This document shows positions 19,129 through 29,068 of a stretch of 64,000 nucleotides of DNA, one piece after another; positions within the stretch are counted from its first letter, which is position 1, and every line of letters begins with the position of its first letter. The stretch spans positions 2,660,209 to 2,724,208 of the forward strand of contig CAWCMH010000001.1 in NCBI GenBank assembly GCA_963796635.1. Direction: 5' to 3'. Below the pieces are notes generated by a model. That model was not told the origin of the DNA. It was given only the letters and a program-made list of their open reading frames with translations, and did not search any database. The DNA is from an uncultured Gemmatimonadales bacterium (GTDB taxonomy: Bacteria; Gemmatimonadota; Gemmatimonadetes; Gemmatimonadales; GWC2-71-9). Both the position numbers and the translations under genes were made by a program.

Positions 19129-19815
19129 CTACTGTCCGTAGGTGGCGGCCTCGCCGTGCTTGCGCTGGTAGTGCCGATCGTGCAACGCCGGGGAGATCGC
19201 GCCGACGTCGCGATTGAGCGTCACGGTGTGGTAGGCCATCCGCGCGATCTCTTCCAGCATTGATGCCGTCTCCAGCGCCAGCTGCACCGACCTGCCCCAG
19301 CAGAACGGCGCGTGGCCAGTGACCAGCACCGCCGGCACCTGCATCGGATCGATGCCCGCAAACCGCTCGACAATGGCGTGCCCGGTGTTGGCTTCGTATT
19401 CGCCCGCAATCGCTTCGTCCGTCATTGGTCGCGTCACCGGCACGGGCCCGGCAAAGTGATCTGCGTGGGTGGTGCCCAGGCACGGCATGTCGCGACCGCA
19501 CTGGGCCCACGCCGTCGCGAAATGTGAATGTGTGTGCACCACCCCGCCGATCGCGGGGAACGCGCGATACAAGGCGAGGTGCGTCGGGAGATCCGACGAC
19601 GGCCGCAGCGTTCCCTCGACCACCTTCCCGTCGAGATCGGTAATCACCAGCATGTCGGCCGCGATCTGGCTGTATGGCACCCCGCTCGGCTTGATCACCA
19701 CCATCCCCGTCTCGCGATCGATGGCGCTCGCGTTGCCGAACGTGAATGGCGCCAACCCGCGGCGCACCAGCTCCTGGTTGGTATGCATGATGTCGCGGCG
19801 CAGGTTGCTCAACAT
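19129..19815 (-). CDS. araD: L-ribulose-5-phosphate 4-epimerase
   Basis: FGNASAIDRETGMVVIKPSGVPY, HTHSHFATAWAQ and class II aldolase/adducin fold motifs. Confidence 0.85.
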   Translation of the reverse strand: MLSNLRRDIMHTNQELVRRGLAPFTFGNASAIDRETGMVVIKPSGVPYSQIAADMLVITDLDGKVVEGTLRPSSDLPTHLALYRAFPAIGGVVHTHSHFATAWAQCGRDMPCLGTTHADHFAGPVPVTRPMTDEAIAGEYEANTGHAIVERFAGIDPMQVPAVLVTGHAPFCWGRSVQLALETASMLEEIARMAYHTVTLNRDVGAISPALHDRHYQRKHGEAATYGQ

Positions 19816-19821
19816 GGGCGG

Positions 19822-21030
19822 TTATTTCTCCACGCCAAAGGCAAAGACGGTGAACGCCCGGAACTCATGATTCGGCCGCAGGATGGTCGACGGAAAGCTG
19901 GCATGATTCGGCGAATCGGGGAAATGCTGGGTCTCCAGCGCCAGGCCGCCGCGGAAGCCGTACACCTTGCCGCCCTTCCCCACGATGGTGCTGTCGAGAA
20001 AGTTGCCGGTGTAGAACTGCAAGCCCGGTTGGGTGGTCGAGACGGTCAGCACGCGCCCGCTCCCGGGGTCGACCACGCGCGCCGCAAGCACCGTGTCGGC
20101 ACCGTGCTTGTGATTGAGGACGAAGTTGTGGTCGTAGCCGTTGGCGTACTTGAGCTGGGTATTGTGCTCGGCGATCCGGGCGCCGATCACCGTCGGCGTG
20201 CGGAAGTCGAGCGGCGTCCCCGCCACCGGCGCGAGCGCGCCGGTCGGGATCAGGGTCGAGTCGACCGGGGTGTAGCGATCGGCGTTGATCATGAGGGTGT
20301 CGCCGAGAATGTCGCCGTGCCCCTCGCCCGCGAGGTTGAAATACGAGTGCTGCGAGATGTTGAATGGCGTCGCCGCAGTCGCGGTCGCCATGTACGTGAT
20401 CTCCAGCGCGTTCGCGGGGGTCAGCGCATAGGTGACGCCCACCGCCACTGCGCCGGGATAACCCTGATCGCCGTCGGGGCTCAGGTGTGACAGCGTCACG
20501 CCGACCGTGCTGTCGCGATGAAACGAGTCGGCTTGCCAGACGACCTTGTCGAATCCCTGCACGCCGCCGTGAAGCGCGTTGGGGCCGTTGTTGGTCGCCA
20601 GCTGATAGGTCTTGCCGTCAAGCGTGAAGCGGCCCTTGGCAATCCGGTTGGCGTACCGCCCGACCACCGCGCCGAAGTACGGCACGTTGTGCAGATACCC
20701 CGCCAGCGAGTCATAACCCAGGACGACATCGCCGAACTGGCCGTTGCGATCGGGCACCTTGATCGACTGAATGATCCCGCCGTACGTGATCACCCGCACC
20801 TGCATGCCGTGCGGATTGGTCAGCGTGTACACGTGGATCGAATCACCACTCGGCATCACACCGAACGGCGCTTCGACAATCGATCCCAAAGGCGGCGTGG
20901 CAGACATGACGCTGGTGCTTTCGGCCGGAGCCTGGCTCGTGGTGGGGGGAGGTGCGCTGCGGTGACAGGCGCTGGCAGCAAGCGCTGCCAGCGCGCCGAG
21001 CGCGGCGGAACGAACAGTGCGTGTGGTCAT
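19822..21030 (-). CDS. galM: Aldose 1-epimerase (galactose mutarotase), secreted
   Basis: Signal peptide. GPNALHGGVQGFDKVVW, YPG...VTY, ISQHSYFNL and ETQHFPDSPN motifs of the mutarotase family. Confidence 0.85.
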   Translation of the reverse strand: MTTRTVRSAALGALAALAASACHRSAPPPTTSQAPAESTSVMSATPPLGSIVEAPFGVMPSGDSIHVYTLTNPHGMQVRVITYGGIIQSIKVPDRNGQFGDVVLGYDSLAGYLHNVPYFGAVVGRYANRIAKGRFTLDGKTYQLATNNGPNALHGGVQGFDKVVWQADSFHRDSTVGVTLSHLSPDGDQGYPGAVAVGVTYALTPANALEITYMATATAATPFNISQHSYFNLAGEGHGDILGDTLMINADRYTPVDSTLIPTGALAPVAGTPLDFRTPTVIGARIAEHNTQLKYANGYDHNFVLNHKHGADTVLAARVVDPGSGRVLTVSTTQPGLQFYTGNFLDSTIVGKGGKVYGFRGGLALETQHFPDSPNHASFPSTILRPNHEFRAFTVFAFGVEK

Positions 21031-23270
21031 GGGGTGATCGTCTCGTCGAGTCCGACGTCGATGTACTGACCGCCGGTGGTCTGATGCACGTGCACGGCCA
21101 GCGTGTTGATGCCGGGCTTGAGCAGCGCGCGCGCGCGGGAATCGAGCGGAATGCGGCGATAGCCGCCGGTATACCCGGCCTGATGCAGTGCCAGCGTGCC
21201 GTTGATATACAGGTCGACATCCTCATCGTGGTGGAGGCGCCACTGCAGGTGGGCCGGGACGGTGGCACCGAGCGTGAAGGTGCGGCGCAGCCAGATGTCG
21301 GCCGTGTTCCAGGTGGTCCGCACCACCGCGCCCGGCGTGCCGGTAGTGCCGAAACCGCCCGGTCCCGTCGACCAGCCGGCATCGTCGAAGGGCACCGCCA
21401 TCCAGCCGGCGGCCGGCGCACTGGTGGTGTAGCGCCACGATTGCGGGGTGACCTGCGACGTCGGCATGATCACGCGTGTCACCGGCAGCGGTGCCCACAG
21501 CGTCCTGATGGTCGCAATCGCCGACGGCGGCAACTTGATGATGGCCCGGTCGTAGGTCATCAAGCCGTTGACTTCGCTTTCGACGTCGGTGGTCTGCGTG
21601 TACACTGCCGCGGACAGTCCGTCGGCCACCAGCCAGCGCAATTGCTGCATCAGGTCGCCGAACGCCTGACCCAGCGTCGCGCGGGACGTGAAGCTGCGAT
21701 ACCCCCAGCTCTTGCTCGGAATCCACGTGTGTCCGGCGAGCGGCAGGCCGAGTCCGCCGAATTCACCGAGTACCGCGGCGCGATCCGGCTCCGGCGCCGG
21801 CATCCCGGGACCGGGATAATCGTGCATGTCGACGACATCACCGACATGCTGGTCGGTCCAGCCGCTGGCGTTGTCGACCAGGCGGCTCGGATCGTGGGTC
21901 TTGATCCACGTCACGTACATAGGCGTGTCGTGCTGGCCCCACCCCTCGTTGAACGGCACCCACATCACGATCGAGGGGTGATCGCGCAGCGCGTCGACGA
22001 CCCGATGCAATTCCGACGCGAATTCCGCCTTCCCGGCATCGGTGTTGTTGTCGCCGCTGGGCATGTCCTGCCAGACCAGCATGCCGATCCGGTCGGCCTC
22101 GGCGTACCACCGGGCCGGTTCGACCTTGACGTGCTTGCGGATCAGGTTGAATCCCAGCCGCTTCATGGTCAGCAGGTCGAACCGCATCGCCACATCGGTG
22201 GGCGCGGTGTACAGGCCATCCGGCCACCAGCCCTGGTCGAGCAGGCCGAACTCGAACAGCGGATGATTGTTGAGAAACATGCGGGTGACGCCCGCCGAAT
22301 CGCGGCCCAGCGAAATCTTCCGCATGCCGAAGTAGCTCTGCACCGTGTCGCCCGTCGACAACGTGACTCGCAGATCGTAGAGAAACGGATCCGACGGCGA
22401 CCAGAGATGCGCGCGCGGAACGCGAAGGACCAGCGTGGAGTCGTCGCTGCCGACGCCCGATGCCACCAGCCGACCATGACGGAGCGCCGTGGCGCGGAGC
22501 TGTGTCCCCGGGTTCGCGCTGTCGATGGCGACGTGCAGCGTGATCGTGCCGGCGTCGATGTCGGGCACCGCGTTGATGGCGCGGATGTGTTCGGCGCGCA
22601 CCGGCTCGAGCCAGACAGTCTGCCAGATGCCGGTGACCGCGGTGTACCAGATCCCGCCCGGCTTGAGCACCTGCTTGCCGCGAGGCTGCGGACTGCGATC
22701 GGTCGGATCGTACACCGAGACCACCAGATCCTGGTCGCCGGTGCCGCGCAACGCGCTGGTGATGTCGAAAGTGAACGGATCGTACCCGCCGCGATGCTCG
22801 CCGACCTCGACGCCGTTGACGATCACGCGCGCGTCCCAGTCGACCGCACCGAAATGCAGCAGCAGGCGATCGCCAGCCGGCAGCGCCGGTGCCTGGAAGC
22901 TGCGGTGATACCAGAGGCGTTGCGAGTCGCCGACCGCACGCGTGACGCCGCTCAACTGCGATTGAATCGGAAACGGCACCAGGATGATGCCGTCCCACCG
23001 CGGCGGCTGTGCCGCATCCAGCGCGGTGACGGCGTAGTCCCATCTGCCGTTGAGGTTGGTCCACGCCGTGCGGACCAGTTGCGGCCGCGGATACTCCGGC
23101 CACGGATGCTCGGCCGACACCGTCGCAGCCCAGCGGGTACGCAAGTGATGCGTCGCCGCGGCCGAATCGGCGGTCGCCGCCTGCGCCGGTGCGACGCACG
23201 GCGCGCCGATGACCAACAGCGCGGCGAGCCACTCGAACGGCGGCCGGACTGCTCGCGCATTCGTCAGCAT
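21027..23270 (-). CDS. Glycoside hydrolase family 2 protein (beta-galactosidase/mannosidase-like), secreted
   Basis: FNLIRKHVKVEPARWYAEADRIGMLVWQDMP and PSIVMWVPFNEGWGQ (catalytic NE) are typical of the GH2 TIM barrel. Signal peptide from the ATG at 23270 (MLTNARAV..APAQA). Confidence 0.75.
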   Translation of the reverse strand: MLTNARAVRPPFEWLAALLVIGAPCVAPAQAATADSAAATHHLRTRWAATVSAEHPWPEYPRPQLVRTAWTNLNGRWDYAVTALDAAQPPRWDGIILVPFPIQSQLSGVTRAVGDSQRLWYHRSFQAPALPAGDRLLLHFGAVDWDARVIVNGVEVGEHRGGYDPFTFDITSALRGTGDQDLVVSVYDPTDRSPQPRGKQVLKPGGIWYTAVTGIWQTVWLEPVRAEHIRAINAVPDIDAGTITLHVAIDSANPGTQLRATALRHGRLVASGVGSDDSTLVLRVPRAHLWSPSDPFLYDLRVTLSTGDTVQSYFGMRKISLGRDSAGVTRMFLNNHPLFEFGLLDQGWWPDGLYTAPTDVAMRFDLLTMKRLGFNLIRKHVKVEPARWYAEADRIGMLVWQDMPSGDNNTDAGKAEFASELHRVVDALRDHPSIVMWVPFNEGWGQHDTPMYVTWIKTHDPSRLVDNASGWTDQHVGDVVDMHDYPGPGMPAPEPDRAAVLGEFGGLGLPLAGHTWIPSKSWGYRSFTSRATLGQAFGDLMQQLRWLVADGLSAAVYTQTTDVESEVNGLMTYDRAIIKLPPSAIATIRTLWAPLPVTRVIMPTSQVTPQSWRYTTSAPAAGWMAVPFDDAGWSTGPGGFGTTGTPGAVVRTTWNTADIWLRRTFTLGATVPAHLQWRLHHDEDVDLYINGTLALHQAGYTGGYRRIPLDSRARALLKPGINTLAVHVHQTTGGQYIDVGLDETITP

Positions 23271-23301
23271 GGCAGAATGTACTGCCCCATCGCGCGCGAG
23301 A

Positions 23302-23994
23302 CTATGTGGCGTTCTCACGCTTCGACGTCATCATCCGCACCGAATCGACGCCGTGCACTTGCCGCAGACGGGCGACGGCTGCCATCACCCGGTGTTGTGT
23401 CGCGGGCGCCAGCGCCACCGCGACCTGCTCGGTCGCGTCGTCCGGTCCGGCGGTCACCGTGATCTGATCGACTGCCACGCCGCCGATCGCCTGCGTGATC
23501 GCCGCGAGGTCGAGTCCGTCGCGTTGCACGATCAGTTCCAGATTCGAGCCGATCCGCAGGTAGCGACGCAAGCGCTGCTCGACGGGCTTGAGGCCGGCAA
23601 GAATCAGGAGGATGAGCACCGTGGCCGAAATCGCCGTCACATACAGGCCGCCGCCGACGGCCAGCCCGACAGCCGCCACCGCCCAGAGACTCCCCGCCGT
23701 CGTGAGTCCGTGGATCACTTCGTGACGCAGCAGAATGGTGCCCGCGCCGAGGAAGCCGATCCCGCTCACGACCTGGGCCGCCACGCGTGACGGATCGAGC
23801 ACGGTATTCGGATGGGTCAGCGCGTCACGAAAACCATACGCCGACACGATCATGATCAATGCGGCGCCCACGCACACCAGCATGTGGGTGCGCAATCCTG
23901 CCGCCCATGTCAGGCGCTCGCGATCGATGCCGATCAGCGAACCCAGCACGGCGGCGAGCAGGAGGCGCAGCACGATCTCCCGGTCGAGCGGCAT
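23302..23994 (-). CDS. mgtC: MgtC/SapB family membrane protein
   Basis: LLLAAVLGSLIGIDRE...GLRTHMLVC.GAAL...VVSGIGFLGAGTI signature of the MgtC family. Confidence 0.85.
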   Translation of the reverse strand: MPLDREIVLRLLLAAVLGSLIGIDRERLTWAAGLRTHMLVCVGAALIMIVSAYGFRDALTHPNTVLDPSRVAAQVVSGIGFLGAGTILLRHEVIHGLTTAGSLWAVAAVGLAVGGGLYVTAISATVLILLILAGLKPVEQRLRRYLRIGSNLELIVQRDGLDLAAITQAIGGVAVDQITVTAGPDDATEQVAVALAPATQHRVMAAVARLRQVHGVDSVRMMTSKRENAT

Positions 23995-24360
23995 CTATCC
24001 CCCCGCGCGCCGGGCGCGAAATCCGAGTGTGAGCAGCTGCGCCACGATCGCGTCACGGTGATCGCCCTGGATTTCGATGGCGTCAGCCTTGACCGTCCCG
24101 CCGGAGCCGCAGCGTTTCTTGAGCTGCGTCGCCAGCGTGCCGAGCTCTGCGGCAGTCACCGGCAGGCCGGTAATGACGGTGACACCCTTGCCGGCGCGGC
24201 CCTTGGTCTCACGCGACACCCGGACGTTGCCGTCACCGAGCACCCGCGATGCGTTGGCGGCGCAACGGCAGTGGGCGAGCGACTGCCGGCAGGCAGGACA
24301 GGTGCGGCCCAGTTCGGTGGAGTAGACCAGCGCGCGATCGCGCGGACGCGGTGGGGCCAT
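23995..24360 (-). CDS. yciH: Translation initiation factor SUI1/YciH family
   Basis: VRVSRETKGRAGKGVTVITGL..LKKRCGSGGTVKADAIEIQGDHRD. Start ATG at 24360 (MAPPRPRD); the longer track ORF is an extension. Confidence 0.8.
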   Translation of the reverse strand: MAPPRPRDRALVYSTELGRTCPACRQSLAHCRCAANASRVLGDGNVRVSRETKGRAGKGVTVITGLPVTAAELGTLATQLKKRCGSGGTVKADAIEIQGDHRDAIVAQLLTLGFRARRAGG

Positions 24361-24421
24361 GCGTGATGATAGCGCGACGGCCGGCCGGACAGAAGCGCCG
24401 CCGATGCCGGTACCTTTCGTC

Positions 24422-25627
24422 ATGACTCCACTGGGCGGCTGGTGGCTGGCGTTGCTGGCAGGCATGCTGATCGGCGCGCTGCTGGTCTGGCTGGCGCTGC
24501 GTGGTCGCGCCACCGATTCGGCCGCACAGACCGCCAGGATGCGCGACGCATTCGCGGCGGTGTCACAGGACGCATTGCGCGACAATCACCGCGCCTTTCT
24601 CGAGCTCGCGTCGCTCCGTTTCGGCGAGTTGCAGGCGCAGGCACACGGCGACCTCGCGGCCCGGCAGCAGTCCGTCGATGAACTGGTCAAGCCGATCCGC
24701 GAACGCATGGATCAGGTGCTCGAAACGCTCGCACGCGTCGACGTGTCGCGCGCCGAATCCCACGCGGCCCTCCGCCAGCAGCTGGCATCGGTGGCCGAAA
24801 CCCAGCTCCGACTGCGCGACGAGACCGACAATCTCGTGAAGGCGCTGCGGGCGCCGCAGGTGCGCGGCCGCTGGGGGGAGATGCAGTTGCGTCGCGTGGT
24901 GGAAATGGCCGGCATGCTGCCCAACTGCGATTTTGCCGAACAGCGCAGCGTCGACACCATCGATGGGCGGCTCCGGCCCGACCTGATCGTGCACCTGCCG
25001 GGCGACAAGCTGATCGTGGTCGACGCCAAGGCGCCGCTCGATGCGTACCTCTCCGCGATCGAAGCCGGTGACGACGACAGCCGCGACGCGCTGCTCGATC
25101 GGCACGCGCGCCAGGTGCGAGACCATATCGACATGCTGGCCGCCAAGGATTACGCCGCACAGTTCACCGAATCGCCCGATTTCGTCGTGCTGTTCCTGCC
25201 CGGCGAGACCTTTTTCAGCGAGGCCTGCCGCCGCGATCCGGCGCTCATCGATTACGCCGTGGCGCGGAGCGTCATTCCCGCCAGTCCCACGACGCTGATC
25301 ACGCTACTCAAGGCGGTCGCATTCGGCTGGCAGCAGGAACGCATCGCGCGCGATGCCGAACACTTGCGCGACCTCGGCATCGAACTGCACGATCGCGTGG
25401 CGAAGGCCGCCGATCACATCGCGGCGGTGGGGCGCGGCCTCAACACCGCCGTGCAGGCCTTCAATCACGCCGTGGGGTCGCTGGAATCCCGCGTGCTTCC
25501 CACGGCGCGACGGTTTCGCGATCTTGGCGCGGGCGGTCGCCAGGAGATCGCGCCGCTGTTGCCCGTCGATCTGGTTGCGCGGGACCTCACCGCGCCCGAA
25601 CTGGCGCCCCCCGCCGACGTCGATTAG
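24422..25627 (+). CDS. rmuC: DNA recombination protein RmuC
   Basis: N-terminal TM helix, coiled-coil region and RGRWGEMQLRRVVEMAGML..CDF core typical of RmuC. Start is uncertain (24359, 24404 or 24422). Confidence 0.8.
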   Translation: MTPLGGWWLALLAGMLIGALLVWLALRGRATDSAAQTARMRDAFAAVSQDALRDNHRAFLELASLRFGELQAQAHGDLAARQQSVDELVKPIRERMDQVLETLARVDVSRAESHAALRQQLASVAETQLRLRDETDNLVKALRAPQVRGRWGEMQLRRVVEMAGMLPNCDFAEQRSVDTIDGRLRPDLIVHLPGDKLIVVDAKAPLDAYLSAIEAGDDDSRDALLDRHARQVRDHIDMLAAKDYAAQFTESPDFVVLFLPGETFFSEACRRDPALIDYAVARSVIPASPTTLITLLKAVAFGWQQERIARDAEHLRDLGIELHDRVAKAADHIAAVGRGLNTAVQAFNHAVGSLESRVLPTARRFRDLGAGGRQEIAPLLPVDLVARDLTAPELAPPADVD

Positions 25628-25840
25628 AGCGTCGGTTCCGCGGACCGCCGGCGCCACGACGCGGACCTAGAGCACGTGCCGGGAGAAGAGTCCCCAGACA
25701 CCGGACACCAGGAAATAGACGCCCAGCGACTGCGTGAAGCGGCGTGCCACAACATGCCAAACTCGCTCGAAGAGGTCGCCGGAGGGACGCCGCGCCGCGG
25801 CCCGGACGCACGCAAGGGGCCGCGCCATTAGAATCACGCC

Positions 25841-26335
25841 ATGCCCGCACTCACCCCGTATCGCACGCTCTCCACGGCGCAGCGCCTGGCGCTGGTGACG
25901 CACGACATCACCCGGAATCGCCCGTCGCGCGACGGGTACATCAGCCGGATCGTGGCACGCGGCGGCGGGTTTCGCGCCGACAAGCTGCGCCGCTGGCCGC
26001 CGGAGCAGCTCGCGCGCGAAGTGGTGCGGCACAACCTCGAAACCGCACAAGACGAACTCAACCTGCTGGTGGCCTTGTACGTCGAACTCGAGCCGCAGTT
26101 GCAGATCAGCTTTCTCGACGCAAGCGGTGTGGCCCATGACGGCGGCGCGATCCCCGAATCGCTGGAGCTCCCGTACGCCGACGCCGACCGCGTGCGCCGC
26201 GCCGCCGACATGCTGATCGCGCAGCACGGCGACGACGCGCGCCGCTATCTGCGGACCATCGCCATCTACAACGGCGACGCCTGGCCCGGCCTGGCCGAGC
26301 ATGTCACCGACCACGCCGGCGCGCCGCATGGATGA
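25841..26335 (+). CDS. Hypothetical protein
   Basis: High GC3 in this frame. The stop overlaps the next gene's start region (ATGGATGA). No recognised domain. The antisense ORF 25667-26437 was judged a shadow. Confidence 0.5.
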   Translation: MPALTPYRTLSTAQRLALVTHDITRNRPSRDGYISRIVARGGGFRADKLRRWPPEQLAREVVRHNLETAQDELNLLVALYVELEPQLQISFLDASGVAHDGGAIPESLELPYADADRVRRAADMLIAQHGDDARRYLRTIAIYNGDAWPGLAEHVTDHAGAPHG

Positions 26336-26810
26336 CAAGATCCTGCGTACCCACCTGGCCGACGCCCTGGGCTGGCACGAGGCACACGTCGACTTCGAGC
26401 GGGCCACCGCCGATCTCCCGGCCGCCGCGCGTGGCAAGGCACCCGCCGGCCTCCCCTACTCGCCGTGGCAGGTGGTCGAACACATTCGCCGGGCACAGCG
26501 CGACATTCTCGAATTCTGCACCCGCCCGGACTATCACGAACTCGACTGGCCCGACGACTACTGGCCCACGGAAGCGGCCCCCCCGCATGACGCCGCGTGG
26601 GAGCAGGCCGTGCGCGACGTCGCGCGCGACCGCGCTGCGCTGCAGGCGATGGTGCGCGACGCGCACACCGCCCTCGACGGCAAGGTCCCGCACGGCAAGC
26701 GGCAGACGTACCTGCGCGAAGTGCTGCTGGTGCTCGACCACACCGCCTATCACGTGGGCGAGTTGATCGTGATGCGCCGACTCCTCGGCGCGTGGCCCGC
26801 CGAGTCCTGA
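26328..26810 (+). CDS. DinB-family (four-helix-bundle metalloenzyme-like) protein
   Basis: PWQVVEHIRRAQRDIL...LDHTAYHVGELIVMRRLLG pattern of DinB/YfiT-like proteins. Confidence 0.7.
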   Translation: MDDKILRTHLADALGWHEAHVDFERATADLPAAARGKAPAGLPYSPWQVVEHIRRAQRDILEFCTRPDYHELDWPDDYWPTEAAPPHDAAWEQAVRDVARDRAALQAMVRDAHTALDGKVPHGKRQTYLREVLLVLDHTAYHVGELIVMRRLLGAWPAES

Positions 26811-26820
26811 GAGCAAAGCG

Positions 26821-27993
26821 ATGACGCGGTACCTCATCGTCGGCGGCGGGATGACGGCCGATGCCGCGGCCCACGCGATTCGCGAACGCGATCCCGACGG
26901 CGCTATCGTGATGGTCAGCGCCGAACCCGACCCGCCGTACAATCGCCCGCCGCTCACCAAGGGGCTGTGGAAGGGCGACGCCTTCGACACGATCTGGCGC
27001 CCGCCCGCACCTGGCAACGTCGATGTGCATCTCGGCCGTCGCATCGTCTCGCTGCGGCTCGCCGCCCACGAGGCCGTCGACCAGACCGGCGCCGTGCATG
27101 CGTTCGACAAGCTGCTGCTGGCGACGGGCGCCGCGCCTCGCCGACTGCCGTTCGGCGGCGACGACATCATCTATTACCGCACCGTCGCCGATTATAGGCG
27201 ACTCCGCACCGTCGCCGACGGGCACGGCTCGGCAATCGTGATCGGCGGCGGGTTCATCGGATCGGAAATCGCCGCGGCGCTCACGATGAACGGGTGCCGG
27301 GTGACCATGATCTTCCCCGAAGCCGGCATCGGTGCTCGTCTCTTTCCCGCGGATCTCGCCGCCCACCTGCTCGCATATTACCGCGACAAGGGCGTGACCG
27401 TGCTCGCGGGCGCACACGTGCGGAACATCCAGCGGACTGGCGCCAGCGTGACGGTGACCCTCGACGATGGGACGCAGCACGCCGCGGACGTCGTGGTGGC
27501 GGGCATCGGCGTGGCTCCCGACACGCAGCTTGCGGAGGCCGCAGGCATCGCGACCGACGACGGCATCCTGATCGATGCGCAGCTGCGCACCTCCGCGCCC
27601 GATGTGTTTGCCGCCGGCGATGTGGCCCGCTTTCACTCCCCGCAACTCGGCACGCTGATGCGCGTGGAGCACGAGGACAACGCGCTCACCATGGGGACGG
27701 CGGCCGGCCACGCCATGACGGGCGATGCCACGGCGTACACGCACCTGCCCTTTTTCTATTCCGACCTCTTCGAGCTCGGGTACGAAGCGGTGGGCGAGCT
27801 GGACCCGCGACTCGACGTCGTGGCCGACTGGAAGACGCCGTTCCGGGAAGGCGTGATCTACTACCTGCAACGCGATCGCGTGCGCGGCGTGCTGCTCTGG
27901 GGAATCTTCGGCAAGGTCGACGACGCGCGCGCGCTGATCGCAAATCCCGCATCGACCAGCGCCGCCGGGTTGCGCGGCCGGATCGTGACCTGA
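26821..27993 (+). CDS. FAD-dependent pyridine nucleotide-disulfide oxidoreductase (ferredoxin-reductase/AIF-like)
   Basis: YLIVGGGMTADAAA (FAD GxGxxA), VIGGGFIGSEIAA (NAD), FAAGDVA motif. Confidence 0.8.
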   Translation: MTRYLIVGGGMTADAAAHAIRERDPDGAIVMVSAEPDPPYNRPPLTKGLWKGDAFDTIWRPPAPGNVDVHLGRRIVSLRLAAHEAVDQTGAVHAFDKLLLATGAAPRRLPFGGDDIIYYRTVADYRRLRTVADGHGSAIVIGGGFIGSEIAAALTMNGCRVTMIFPEAGIGARLFPADLAAHLLAYYRDKGVTVLAGAHVRNIQRTGASVTVTLDDGTQHAADVVVAGIGVAPDTQLAEAAGIATDDGILIDAQLRTSAPDVFAAGDVARFHSPQLGTLMRVEHEDNALTMGTAAGHAMTGDATAYTHLPFFYSDLFELGYEAVGELDPRLDVVADWKTPFREGVIYYLQRDRVRGVLLWGIFGKVDDARALIANPASTSAAGLRGRIVT

Positions 27994-27998
27994 CCGCG

Positions 27999-28889
27999 AT
28001 GCAATACCGCCGCCTCGGCCGGAGCGGTATCCCGGTGTCGGTGATCGGCATCGGCACCTGGCAACTGGGCGGCGAGTGGGGCCATCAATTCACGCAGGAC
28101 GAAGCCGACGCGATTCTCGACGCCGGCGCCGATTGCGGCATCGACCTGATCGACACGGCAGAATGTTATGGCGACCACCTGTCGGAGCGGCTGGTGGGCG
28201 ACTATCTGGCGCGGCGCGACCGGTCGCGCTGGGTCGTGGCCACCAAGTTCGGCCACGAGTTCGAGGGCTTCCTCAAGCGTCGCGACGATTTTTCGGTCGA
28301 CGGCGTGCGCCGTCAACTCGAAGCATCGCTGCGGGCGTTGCGGGTCGATTGCATCGACCTGTACCAGTTCCATTCCGGGCCCGATCGCGCCTTCGCCGAC
28401 GATGCATTGTGGTCGATGCTCGATACGCAGCGTCGGGCCGGCAAGGTGCGCGCGCTGGGAGCGTCCCTCAACAAGACGACCACCGCGCAAGCCGACTGGG
28501 CGGCCCAGCGCGGCGTCGATGTCATCCAGGTGGTGTACAACCGGATCGATCGCGCCGCGGAAACGGTGCACTTTCCGTTTGCCGAACGCGACAACCTCGG
28601 TGTGCTGGCGCGCGTGCCGCTGGCGAGTGGATTGCTGTCGGGAAAATACGGCCCGGATGCGCACTTCCCTGCCGACGACGTGCGCGCACGGTGGTCCGTC
28701 GAGACGCTGCAGCGCCAGCTCGATGCCGTGGCGGAGGTCCGGCGCAGCGAAGTCCCGGCGGGTACCGCGATGGCGCCGTGGGCGATTGCGTGGTGTCTCC
28801 GGCATCCCCGGGTGACCGCGGTGATTCCCGGATGTCGCACCGCAGCGCAGGTGCGCGACAACGCGGCGGCGGTGGCCTTGATGGAGTGA
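27999..28889 (+). CDS. Aldo/keto reductase
   Basis: MQYRRLGRSGIPVSVIGIGTWQLGG, IDTAECYG, VVATKFGH and IPGCRTAAQVRDNA motifs. The track ORF from 27294 is an out-of-frame extension. Confidence 0.85.
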   Translation: MQYRRLGRSGIPVSVIGIGTWQLGGEWGHQFTQDEADAILDAGADCGIDLIDTAECYGDHLSERLVGDYLARRDRSRWVVATKFGHEFEGFLKRRDDFSVDGVRRQLEASLRALRVDCIDLYQFHSGPDRAFADDALWSMLDTQRRAGKVRALGASLNKTTTAQADWAAQRGVDVIQVVYNRIDRAAETVHFPFAERDNLGVLARVPLASGLLSGKYGPDAHFPADDVRARWSVETLQRQLDAVAEVRRSEVPAGTAMAPWAIAWCLRHPRVTAVIPGCRTAAQVRDNAAAVALME

Positions 28890-28924
28890 GAAGCGACTCG
28901 ACCGCGCGGGTGTCGTACCGGTCC

Positions 28925-29068
28925 CTCGATCACCGTCTCCGCCGGTCGCGCCGGTGTTGCCAAGCGACGCACGAGCCGGCGCGTGACGCGAATGCCTTCG
29001 GCGCGGCACCACGCCATCACGTCGCGCGCAATGGCACGCTGCGACAGCGTGGCGGCGGCGTCCGGCAT
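28925..29068 (-). pseudogene. 3'-truncated third copy of the 95-aa module gene
   Basis: MPDAAATLSQRAIARDVMAWCRAEGIRVTRRLVRRLATPARPAETVIE matches the first half of the 95-aa proteins at 31472-31759 and 33663-33950. Homology stops near 28925, about 35 nt from the aldo/keto reductase stop, and the frame then runs into antisense of that gene. Confidence 0.6.

Noticed and set aside
25667-26437. 256-aa minus-strand ORF
   Set aside because: It is antisense to the better-supported plus-strand genes at 25841-26335 and 26328-26810. Only its last about 35 codons (a hydrophobic FLVSGVWGLF segment at 25667-25770) lie in intergenic DNA, which is too short to support a call.
27294-27998. Upstream extension of the aldo/keto reductase ORF
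   Set aside because: It is an out-of-frame overlap with the FAD oxidoreductase gene. The Arg-rich translation and the MQYRRLGRSG start at 27999 fit the family N-terminus.
28313-29068. 251-aa minus-strand ORF
   Set aside because: Only its first about 48 codons are homologous to the 95-aa module protein. The rest is antisense read-through into the aldo/keto reductase gene. It is annotated instead as a truncated pseudogene.
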